From the NCBI GenBank assembly GCA_050309705.1, contig JBNRMR010000107.1, positions 1-49,037 of the forward strand: a DNA stretch of 49,037 bases, written 5' to 3'. Each line of letters opens with the position of its first letter. Positions within the stretch are counted from its first letter, which is position 1. The notes beneath the pieces are model-generated. The model did not search any database, had not been told where the DNA came from, and saw only the letters and a program-made list of their open reading frames with translations. Below, in pieces: positions 1 to 7,607 of the stretch. This DNA comes from Christensenellales bacterium (lineage in GTDB: Bacteria > Bacillota > Clostridia > Christensenellales > UBA1750). Position numbers and translations under genes: made by a program.

Positions 1-1115
1 GGCGATGGGCTTTCTGTGGTGGAAACGCCTGCTTGAATGGCACTTGTGCAGCCCACGGCGGCAATTGCCAGCGCTAAAACGCAGGAAATGACGCTCAAAG
101 AAGTCTTGACAACCCTTTGCTTCATAACCATCTTGACCCGCCAGCGGATATCCCGCTTTTTGTCCATTGCGGCGATCATCAGCGATGTGCGGCTCCGCCA
201 GCGGAGCTGTTCCGCCGCCAAAATCAGCGCGCCGGCATAGTCCTCGCCCTGGGCGCCCATTGCCTTCAGCGTGCGGGCGTCGCACATCAGCTCCATGTCC
301 TTTCGAGCATAATGACGGGCCAGCCAGACGATTGGGTTAAACCAGTGGAGTGCGCAGAGTATGTTCATCAAAAGCACCGCCCAGGTATCGCCGAAGCGGA
401 TGTGGAAAAGCTCGTGGGTGAGTATGTATTCCTGCTGCCTTTGGGAAAGACCCTCGAAAGTCTTGAAGGGGATCAGCAGCCTGGGCCGAAAAAGGCCAAA
501 AACCGAGGGCGAGGCTAAAGAGCCGGTGGCGTAGGCGTCGACATCTGCCTTTACGCCGGCGTTTTCTCTGGCGCGGGAGAGGGCGAGGGCAAATCCGGCG
601 GAATTATAGCGCCGGTTCCTTTTTATGTGGAAATGATAGGCGGTGTTTAAAAAGGCCATGTAAAGCAGCAGCGCCGCAAAACCAAAGATCCACAGATATG
701 CAGCCAACAGCCAGGGATCAAGTGAAATGGAGCTTTTTTCGGAAGCGATCGCGGATGCAGCCGATGAGGGAGCGGTATCCGAAGTGAAGGCAGGGGCCGC
801 AGTTGGGCGCTCTCTGGCAGCGTCTTCAGGGACAAATATGTTTTTTGGCGCGACCGCAGCCGTCTGAGGCGAAGCGTTGTCCGCAGGAGCGGCGGCTACA
901 ATCTCCTGCACCTGCTTTGGAGCGTAGTTGTAAATGCTCAGGCTGCTTTCCAGGCTGAAGGGCAATATCAGGCGCAAGGCCAAAATGCCCCAGAGAATCA
1001 CATAGGCAAAGGGACGGATTTTCCCCAGAAAGGCGAAGCGCAGGGTCAGCACGAAAAGGGCAACGACAGCACCGGATAGAGACATCGAAAGAATTGTCTT
1101 GAAAAGCTGTGTCAT
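1..1115 (-). CDS. BlaR1/MecR1-type M56 zinc-metallopeptidase signal transducer (membrane protein). The 3' end runs off the window, so it is partial.
   Basis: Own minus-strand translation. The ATG at 1115-1113 overlaps the blaI stop (ATGA). It reads MTQLFKTILSMSLSGAVVALFVL... and the frame stays open to position 1, which explains its absence from the ORF track. HExxH motif THELFH at about 419-402. Several hydrophobic helices. It lies directly downstream of a BlaI-type repressor. Confidence 0.75.
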   Translation of the reverse strand, partial: MTQLFKTILSMSLSGAVVALFVLTLRFAFLGKIRPFAYVILWGILALRLILPFSLESSLSIYNYAPKQVQEIVAAAPADNASPQTAAVAPKNIFVPEDAARERPTAAPAFTSDTAPSSAASAIASEKSSISLDPWLLAAYLWIFGFAALLLYMAFLNTAYHFHIKRNRRYNSAGFALALSRARENAGVKADVDAYATGSLASPSVFGLFRPRLLIPFKTFEGLSQRQQEYILTHELFHIRFGDTWAVLLMNILCALHWFNPIVWLARHYARKDMELMCDARTLKAMGAQGEDYAGALILAAEQLRWRSRTSLMIAAMDKKRDIRWRVKMVMKQRVVKTSLSVISCVLALAIAAVGCTSAIQAGVSTTESPS

Positions 1116-1486
1116 TTTTTCGCCTCCTTTGAAAGAAGGCCGTTTAGATAATCCCGAAGGCTGCGGATATCATCGTCGGACAACTCTCCGTTTTTGACGA
1201 ACTGGGCTGTCATCTGCCAGTAAGAACCCTCAAACATGTCGTCCACCACCTGTCTGGCCTTGCCCAAGGCGGCCTGTTCCTTGGTAAGCGCGGGGAAATA
1301 GCGGTATACATCGCCCTTTTGAGCGATGACAGCCCCCTTATCCTGCAGGCGACGAAGGAATGTCTTTATGGTTTTATCCGACCAGGGGTTGCTCTTTTCA
1401 CAGCGCTCCACTATCTGGGCTGCGGTGAGGGGCGACTCCTCCCAGAGGATGTCTAAAACCACCTGCTCACTCCGGCTGATTCTCAT
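1112..1486 (-). CDS. BlaI/MecI/CopY family winged-helix transcriptional repressor
   Basis: MRISRSEQVVLDILWEESPLTAAQIVERC...KTIKTFLRRLQDKGAV is typical of Penicillinase_R family proteins. GGAGG lies 6 nt upstream of the ATG at 1486. The longer track ORF (to 1609) has no RBS and crosses the operator region. Confidence 0.85.
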   Translation of the reverse strand: MRISRSEQVVLDILWEESPLTAAQIVERCEKSNPWSDKTIKTFLRRLQDKGAVIAQKGDVYRYFPALTKEQAALGKARQVVDDMFEGSYWQMTAQFVKNGELSDDDIRSLRDYLNGLLSKEAKK

Positions 1487-1500
1487 AAAAAGCCTCCAGC

Positions 1501-1536
1501 GATTACATATTGTAGTCACAAGCTTACACCCTGTAA
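1501..1536. promoter_or_regulatory. Two BlaI/MecI-type operator dyads (TACA-N3-TGTA) overlapping a putative minus-strand promoter
   Basis: GATTACAtatTGTAGTC at 1501-1517 and TTACAcccTGTAA at 1524-1536, just upstream of the blaI start. A minus-strand TTGACA lies at 1549-1544, followed 17 nt later by TAAGCT. Confidence 0.5.
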
Positions 1537-1757
1537 TCCCAGTTGTCAAGTTTTTCTTTTTTCTTTCTTTCGATTTAGGCAGAAAGCTGCAGCGAAATGC
1601 CGGGTACACAATCCAAGGGAATATAGTTAAGCCCTTTTATCTGCATATAGTAGGCAGACAAAGCGAATGTTTATCAGGGGCTTGGCCTGCATATTGTCTG
1701 CGAATGGCTAATTTATGGATGAAGCCGGATTGGGCGGAGGCTTGTTGTTGGGTTCGC

Positions 1758-3524
1758 TTAAAGCCGCCTGTCGATGCGTGCGGTAAAGACATCCTGTTCA
1801 TGCAAATTGCCGAAGGCGTCCTTTCCGTCCCTGTAATAGCGGCGTATTTCGATCACGTCCGGATGGGGTGCGCTCACGGTCAGATGGCCGGTCTTTAATA
1901 CCTGCCTTCCGTTCCTGCGCACAATAAGCTCCCTGAAAAAGCTTTGCAGCTCTTTGTCTTCATGGCCCCAGGGGAAGAAGGCGCGGCAAAGGGGATCTCT
2001 CATTCCCTGAAGGCCCGCTTCATCGCCATAGTAGACGCAGGGTATTCCCGGCAAAGCAAAGACGGCCTTTGCCATCAGTTTAAGCCGCTTTTTGCCGGTG
2101 TCATACTGGCTTTCGCTCATTTTCACCTCCCGCTGCTGCTGGCGGGTAAGGCGCTGATCGTCACACTCGCCCAGGATGTTAATTATCCTGGATCTGTCGT
2201 GGGAGCCGATGAGGTTCATCAGCGAATAATACATCTCTTTGGGATAGTTTTCCGCCTGGCTGTCCAGCTTTCGCTTGAGACAAAGGCTGTTTCCCTCGCC
2301 CAGCAAAAAGGCGATAAGCGCATCACGCAGGGGGTAGTTCATCACGCTGTCAAGCCCCGCGCCGTGGGCGTATGAGCGCAGATGGCCGTAGCTGACCTTG
2401 TTGGTGGCATCCTCCCAGACCTCGCCGATAACCGCCGCTTCGGGGTCTTCCGCCTTCACACTTTTGCGCAAAATGGCAATAAACTCGTCCGGCAGTTCGT
2501 CGGCAACGTCCAGCCTCCAGCCGGAGGCCCCCAGTCGCAGCCACTTTTTGATGATGGCATTTTTGTCGCTTATAATGAAGCGGATGTAGCCCGGATCCAT
2601 ATCGCTTACAATGGGCAGAGTAACAATTTCCCACCAGCAGTCGTATTCATCGGGATGCCTGATGAACTTATACCAGCTATAATAGGGGGATTTCTTGCTC
2701 TGATATGCACCCAAAGAAGGGTATTTGCCGTTTTTATTGAAATAGACGCTGTTTGAACCGGTGTGCGAGAACACGCCGTCCAATATGAAGCGCAGGCCAA
2801 GGCGCTGACCTTTTTTGCAAAGACTTATGAAGTCATCATTGGTGCCAAAGGTGGGGTCAATCTTTTCGTAGTCGCCGGTATCGTATTTATGATAGGAGTC
2901 GGCCTCAAAGATTGGGTTAAGATAAACCGCGGAAAACCCCATTTCTTTTATATAATCCAGCTTTTGCTGAATGCCCGGCAGATTACCGCCGTAGAAATCG
3001 TCCGTGCGAACATGCTCCGGGTCGCTGTCGCCCACATCGTTTATCACATAAGGCATTTCGGATTTGTCCGCGTGGACGGTGATGTCAGTGCGCTTTTTTA
3101 ATAGCTCACCGTTTCGGCCATCGAAGAACCTATCGGGGAATATCTGGTACATCACGCTTTCCCGCATCCATTCCGGGGCGGAAAACCCGGCGTCATAGAC
3201 TGTGATCTGGTGCGAGTCCAGCCTCTGGCCCTTTTTGTGGAGGCGCGACTGTCCGCCCAGAAGATCATCGGGCGCACAGTAAATTTCCTCTCCAGAAATA
3301 AAAAAATACCATATTATGCCCACTTTTTTTGCGGTAAAGCTTGCCTGCCAGATGTCAGAGCTTTCACGGCGGGTCATGGGGATAAGCCGTTCGTCTCCGT
3401 CCTGCCAAAGCCTTAGCGTCACGGGCCTTTGGCATCGGGCGCTGATTGTCACCGCCTCACCCTGCCGTACGGCGCCAAAGGGCTTGCGGCAGCGGATGTC
3501 GCGGGAGTCGTGGTAGAGTGCCAT
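1758..3524 (-). CDS. GH13 alpha-amylase family enzyme (neopullulanase/cyclomaltodextrinase/maltogenic-amylase type, with N-terminal domain)
   Basis: 588 aa with GH13 conserved regions DGVFSHTG, GWRLDVADE, EVWED and LIGSHD. No signal peptide. GGAGGA RBS. Confidence 0.85.
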   Translation of the reverse strand: MALYHDSRDIRCRKPFGAVRQGEAVTISARCQRPVTLRLWQDGDERLIPMTRRESSDIWQASFTAKKVGIIWYFFISGEEIYCAPDDLLGGQSRLHKKGQRLDSHQITVYDAGFSAPEWMRESVMYQIFPDRFFDGRNGELLKKRTDITVHADKSEMPYVINDVGDSDPEHVRTDDFYGGNLPGIQQKLDYIKEMGFSAVYLNPIFEADSYHKYDTGDYEKIDPTFGTNDDFISLCKKGQRLGLRFILDGVFSHTGSNSVYFNKNGKYPSLGAYQSKKSPYYSWYKFIRHPDEYDCWWEIVTLPIVSDMDPGYIRFIISDKNAIIKKWLRLGASGWRLDVADELPDEFIAILRKSVKAEDPEAAVIGEVWEDATNKVSYGHLRSYAHGAGLDSVMNYPLRDALIAFLLGEGNSLCLKRKLDSQAENYPKEMYYSLMNLIGSHDRSRIINILGECDDQRLTRQQQREVKMSESQYDTGKKRLKLMAKAVFALPGIPCVYYGDEAGLQGMRDPLCRAFFPWGHEDKELQSFFRELIVRRNGRQVLKTGHLTVSAPHPDVIEIRRYYRDGKDAFGNLHEQDVFTARIDRRL

Positions 3525-3564
3525 TGGTTGTCCTCCGGGGTTTGTTTTCTTTGTTGCAGCAGGG

Positions 3565-4539
3565 CTATTCGCCGGCGGTCTCCTCGCCGGGACCCGGCAG
3601 GGGCTCCTGCAGGAATTCGTCCAAGCCCCTCAGAACATTTTCATCCTTCATTGAAAGGGATATCTCTATCCGGCGGTTTTTTTGGCGGCCGCTCTCGCTG
3701 TCGTTTTTGGCTATGGGCCGGGCCGAGCCATAGCCCGCCGAGGCAAATATTTCGTCCGTGAGCGTCAGGTCCAAATCGATGCCGGTCATTATGAAACCCA
3801 TGATGGCATGGGCCCGGTTTGCTGAAAGCAAAAGGTTCTGGTCCTGAGAGCCCTTGTTATCCGTGTGACCGGAAATGATTATGCAGTCCACAAAGTCAAG
3901 ATTTTCTGCTTCATGAAGGAAAAGATACAGGGAATTGCCAATTTCCAGCATCAGCTTCTCTCCTGAGGGCTTTAAATTAGCGGAGTCGCTGCTAAAAAGA
4001 AGGCTTTCGGGAATGATTATGCTGCCATCCTCGCCGATTTCCACCTGCGAATCCTCGCCGAGGGCTTTCTCGGCTGCCGCGAGAACATTCTCCTGCATCG
4101 AAAGGCGCAGACGCCCCACTGAAGCCAGATCCCCCTGGAGCTTTTTCAGCTCCTCCATGGCGGAGCTGATGTATTCTTGCTGCCAGAGGATTGTTTCCTC
4201 CTGCTCCTTCAGGGCGGCGGTGGTTTGGCTGAGTTTATCTTGCTCCTGCTGAAGCTGAGAGCGGATATCTTCAAGCTCGCCTGTCAGCGCGCCAAGGCCT
4301 TCTTCGGCCTGAATGGAAAGAGCGGAGGTTTCATCCAGTTGGGCCGACGCCAGGGCAAGTTCGTCCTGGGTGCTTGAAAGCAGGTCTGAGACAGACGAGT
4401 TGTATATGTATGCAAGGAAAACAAGGAAAAACAGCACGAGGGCCAGGGACAAAAGAATGTGCGGAAACGAAAGGCCTGTGCCTTGCTCCGCTGCCCCAGA
4501 AAGAAGACTCATGCCGCTTTTCCGGCGGGCCTTCCTCAT
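3565..4539 (-). CDS. MotB/OmpA-like membrane protein: one TM, a long coiled coil, and a C-terminal OmpA-type peptidoglycan-binding domain
   Basis: TM is LSFPHILLSLALVLFFLVFLAYIY. A heptad-rich segment of about 150 aa follows. The OmpA_C-like tail reads ISGHTDNKGSQDQNLLLSANRAHAI...GYGSARPIA...NRRIEISL. The ATGA start overlaps the upstream gene's stop. Confidence 0.7.
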   Translation of the reverse strand: MRKARRKSGMSLLSGAAEQGTGLSFPHILLSLALVLFFLVFLAYIYNSSVSDLLSSTQDELALASAQLDETSALSIQAEEGLGALTGELEDIRSQLQQEQDKLSQTTAALKEQEETILWQQEYISSAMEELKKLQGDLASVGRLRLSMQENVLAAAEKALGEDSQVEIGEDGSIIIPESLLFSSDSANLKPSGEKLMLEIGNSLYLFLHEAENLDFVDCIIISGHTDNKGSQDQNLLLSANRAHAIMGFIMTGIDLDLTLTDEIFASAGYGSARPIAKNDSESGRQKNRRIEISLSMKDENVLRGLDEFLQEPLPGPGEETAGE

Positions 4540-5453
4540 AGGGCGACACCTCCCTGGCTTTCCTGATGGATTTCGCCATATGTTTCTTGGGCTGCTTCTT
4601 CATTTGTTTCCTCTGCAATTTCATTGCGGGCCGTCTCGCGGGAGAAATTAAACCGCTGTATTGTGCGTGAGAACTGCTCCATTTGCTGCTCCGTCTGGGA
4701 AACCACGTCCCCCATTGCGGCGGTGGCGTCGCCCAATGTTCCGGCCATGTCCTTGGCGCACTCTCCCAGGGCAATGCGTATGGCCTCCACATGGGCCCTG
4801 AGCTCGTGGACGGAATCCTGGCGCGAGTGTGATACGGTTATGGGCCCGCTAAAAGCGGTTTCTCCGGCCACTTCGTGGTCAAGCCAGAGCTCGGTCATGG
4901 TAAGAAGCTTTTCGCGCTGAGCGCCAGGGCTAACAAGGGCGCGCAAAAACCCGATCACAAGGGCGCAGGCAATTGCGGCAAGGGCCGAATAAAAAACCAG
5001 ATCCATTCCCGTGAGCGCACCCAAGAGGCCGCCGGGTATGTTCAGCCACTGGCCCTCGGGCGCGTTGCCCACCAGCTCTTTAAGGGAGGAGACGGCGACG
5101 GTTAGCCCAAAGAAGGTGCCAAAAAGCCCTAAAGTTATCAGCAAAGAGACCACGCTGTTTATAAACCTTTCGCCTGCCAGGGCGCGCCGAAGGGATATGG
5201 CAGCAGCGTTTTCGATTATGGCGGGGGTGTTCGTGTCCGGGCCGCTTTGGCTGTAGACTGAGACAAAGTCCCTTTTGGCCCTTGAAAGGAAGCTGGGCTC
5301 CTCTGAGTCCACGCTTGAATGGGCCAGCATCCGCTGAAGCCTTCTGTATTTGCCAGCGACGGCAAAAAGGACTATCAGCGATATCAAAAACAGCAGGAGG
5401 ATTGCCCCGATTATAACCAGACCGCCAATAGGCATGTTAAGCAGATTAAGCAT
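4536..5453 (-). CDS. MotA/TolQ/ExbB-like proton-channel family membrane protein with a C-terminal helical tail
   Basis: Three predicted TMs in ExbB-like topology. The LITLGLFGTFFGLTVAV segment resembles the MotA_ExbB signature. Charged tail of about 130 aa. AGGAGG RBS. Confidence 0.6.
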   Translation of the reverse strand: MLNLLNMPIGGLVIIGAILLLFLISLIVLFAVAGKYRRLQRMLAHSSVDSEEPSFLSRAKRDFVSVYSQSGPDTNTPAIIENAAAISLRRALAGERFINSVVSLLITLGLFGTFFGLTVAVSSLKELVGNAPEGQWLNIPGGLLGALTGMDLVFYSALAAIACALVIGFLRALVSPGAQREKLLTMTELWLDHEVAGETAFSGPITVSHSRQDSVHELRAHVEAIRIALGECAKDMAGTLGDATAAMGDVVSQTEQQMEQFSRTIQRFNFSRETARNEIAEETNEEAAQETYGEIHQESQGGVAL

Positions 5454-5502
5454 TTTCAGCCTCCTAAAATTTGTCTAAATTAGCCCGGACAAGGGCCCAT
5501 TT

Positions 5503-6189
5503 TCAGTATATGCGTAGCAAAAGCCAAAGCAAAAGCATGTGCAGCGGGTAGAAGATGTAAAAAAGATATTTGAAGCCGCTTCCGCGCTCCCCGTTATACA
5601 TGTAGAGCAGGGGTATGGCCGCAAAGCCGCATAGCTGAATGGCATTTGAAAATGCAACGGACATGGCCCCGTTGCTCAAAAAGCCCGCCTGGAGAATGCC
5701 GCTTTTTTGGCTTGCGAAGATATAGAATAAAACCACGGTCAGCACACCCAGCACTCCGTAGTCGGTTGCCAAAAGCTCCCCTGCCATCAGCAGCGCCGCC
5801 AGCATTGCAAAGCTGGAAAGCGCCTTCACCCCTTGCCGGATATTATCCACCATAAAGCAACCCAACAGGCCAAGAGCCAGCGTGAACAACACGTTTTGGT
5901 GGCTCAGGTTAAAAACCTGCCCCGACAGCATCAGGTCAAAGGGGATTTCTGATATGGCCGCAAAAAGCAATAACCTCAGCACATATTTTAGCCTGTTTTT
6001 GGTCTTTGAGGCTCCTTCGGCGATAAAAAAAGCCATTATGGGGAATGTGAGCCGCCCGACCATCCTAAGCCAGGGCGTGTTGGGGTAGAGCGTCACACCC
6101 AGATGGTCTATAAACATGGCCATTATGGCGATAAGCTTTAAAGTTGTTGCGTCAAATACCTTAAGTTTGCTTTTCACTGTGCTATGCAT
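5503..6189 (-). CDS. TraX family membrane protein
   Basis: The N-terminus FDATTLKLIAIMAMFIDHLG is characteristic of the TraX family. Polytopic hydrophobic protein of 228 aa. Confidence 0.7.
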   Translation of the reverse strand: MHSTVKSKLKVFDATTLKLIAIMAMFIDHLGVTLYPNTPWLRMVGRLTFPIMAFFIAEGASKTKNRLKYVLRLLLFAAISEIPFDLMLSGQVFNLSHQNVLFTLALGLLGCFMVDNIRQGVKALSSFAMLAALLMAGELLATDYGVLGVLTVVLFYIFASQKSGILQAGFLSNGAMSVAFSNAIQLCGFAAIPLLYMYNGERGSGFKYLFYIFYPLHMLLLWLLLRIY

Positions 6190-6356
6190 ACTTGTCCCTG
6201 CGCTTTACTTATAAACTTTCCTGCTTTATAATAATATCACACACGCGCTTATATGGAAAGCTTAGGCATGCGCGGTGTGAAAGAAAAGGCGGAAGATATT
6301 TGCGCGATATATGTAAAACTTATCGCCATTTACACCATGGGTGATACCTGCCATGT

Positions 6357-6442
6357 TTTTCCACATGTAAAGTTTTGGTAAATTAGAGGGAAAAAAGGAA
6401 GAAAAACGGGGGTTTTGCACAGGGTTGTCCACATTATCCACA
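6357..6442 (+). promoter_or_regulatory. DnaA-box cluster: one perfect box plus two one-mismatch boxes
   Basis: TTATCCACA (perfect consensus) at 6434-6442 directly abuts TTGTCCACA at 6425-6433. TTTTCCACA lies at 6357-6365. All are on the same strand, in the 278-bp divergent intergenic region. Confidence 0.4.
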
Positions 6443-6467
6443 GAAATATTTACAGAAAGCGGAGTGA

Positions 6468-7157
6468 GTGAGGCCAATGCTGATAAGTTTTGATGATATT
6501 CCTTTTGAGATAGATACTCGAAAAATGCTTGCAGTTTTGGGCCTGGACGATTACTTTTTTGAAGAAGTTGACGCCCTCGCGAAGCGAGCCAATCTTGACG
6601 GGCGGCCAAGAGCGGCGGTGCGGGTTCTTGAAACTGGCCCCTGGGACGAAAACTCGGTTCAGGTCGGGGGTGCGAAGATAGAAAGCCGCCTTGTTTCGGC
6701 TCTTTTAAGGGAAGCGGGCGCGGTTTATGCCTTTGTCGTGACCTGTGGAGATGAGCTGGAAAGGCTTATGGACGAAACCGCCGATCCCGTGGAGAAGATG
6801 TGGCAGGCGCGGATTAGCCAAGAGGCCCTCAGACAAGCGCAAAGGCATGTGCTCAAAGCTGTGGAGGGGTTCTGCGGCGCTGAAAAGCTCTGTGCCGTCA
6901 ACCCCGGCTCCCATCCGGACTGGCCCCTTTCGGCGCAAAGGCAACTTTTTTCGCTGATTGGCAGGGCGGAGGAATGCACTGGGGTGGAGCTGACTGAGAG
7001 CTTTCTGATGCTGCCCACAAAGAGCGTTTCGGGCATATGGTTTCAAAGCCGTCAGGGCTATGAAAACTGCCGCATCTGCGAGCGCACAGGTTGCGAGGGA
7101 AGAAGGGCAGCATTCGATGAAAGTCTTCACCGTCAAATATTTTCCATGGAGGTATGA
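6468..7157 (+). CDS. Stand-alone vitamin-B12-dependent methionine synthase activation-domain (Met_synt_B12-like) protein
   Basis: GVELTESFLMLPTKSVSGIWFQ matches the MetH C-terminal AdoMet/reactivation domain motif (..ELTESFAMWPxASVSGxYF). There is an extra C-terminal CRICERTGCEG cluster. The start is ambiguous (GTG 6468 or ATG 6477). Confidence 0.65.
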   Translation: MRPMLISFDDIPFEIDTRKMLAVLGLDDYFFEEVDALAKRANLDGRPRAAVRVLETGPWDENSVQVGGAKIESRLVSALLREAGAVYAFVVTCGDELERLMDETADPVEKMWQARISQEALRQAQRHVLKAVEGFCGAEKLCAVNPGSHPDWPLSAQRQLFSLIGRAEECTGVELTESFLMLPTKSVSGIWFQSRQGYENCRICERTGCEGRRAAFDESLHRQIFSMEV

Positions 7158-7160
7158 GCG

Positions 7161-7604
7161 TTGGAAAATCAGCATATGCCAAATGAGATAACTGTGCTGG
7201 ACGCCCAAGGCGGCGGCATGGGCAGGAACCTGGTGCGCATGCTGAAGGAAAGGCTGCCGCAGGTAAGGATAATCGCCGCGGGGACAAACGCCCTCGCTAC
7301 AGCAGCGATGTTAAAAGCAGGTGCAGATATCGGCGCCACCGGCGAAAACGCAATAATATACAACTGCGCCAATGCCAGGATAATTATTGCGCCCATAGGC
7401 ATGATGATCGCCAACTCCATGTATGGCGAGATCACACAGGGCATGGCAAGCGCTCTGAGCAATTCGCCGGCAAAGAAAATACTGGTGCCGGTCAGGCAAA
7501 GCCATGTGCATATCGTCGGCCTTTCGGACAGGCCCCTCGTTCAAAACATGGAGGAGGCAGTGGAGGCGGCGAGGTCATACATTGAAGGGACGGGAGAAAT
7601 TTAA
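7161..7604 (+). CDS. DUF3842 family protein
   Basis: ITVLDAQGGGMG...IIAAGTNALATAAMLKAGA..GATGENAI is typical of DUF3842. The start is ambiguous (TTG 7161 or ATG 7176). Confidence 0.6.
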   Translation: MENQHMPNEITVLDAQGGGMGRNLVRMLKERLPQVRIIAAGTNALATAAMLKAGADIGATGENAIIYNCANARIIIAPIGMMIANSMYGEITQGMASALSNSPAKKILVPVRQSHVHIVGLSDRPLVQNMEEAVEAARSYIEGTGEI

Positions 7605-7607
7605 CAC

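Noticed and set aside
37-518. Plus-strand ORFs 37-240 and 117-518 from the track.
   Set aside because: They are antisense to the open BlaR1-like frame, which carries an HExxH motif and TM helices and is coupled to blaI.
1326-1898. A 190-aa plus-strand ORF spanning blaI, its promoter and the GH13 3' end.
   Set aside because: It crosses an intergenic operator/promoter region and overlaps two supported genes. The sequence is low-complexity and there is no RBS.
3565-5453. Calling the MotA/MotB-like pair a Zorya defence system.
   Set aside because: The A subunit is less than half the length of ZorA. No ZorC/ZorD/ZorE/ZorF/ZorG-like gene (helicase, nuclease, etc.) is adjacent. I report only an architectural resemblance.
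6357-6442. Chromosomal replication origin (oriC).
   Set aside because: There are only three DnaA boxes, no dnaA/dnaN/rpmH genes in the window and no clear 13-mer/DUE array. I kept it only as a secondary DnaA-box cluster.
6262-6609. A 115-aa minus-strand ORF across the TraX / MetH-activation-domain intergenic region.
   Set aside because: It overlaps the start of the supported plus-strand gene and the DnaA-box region. It has no RBS and no recognisable motifs.
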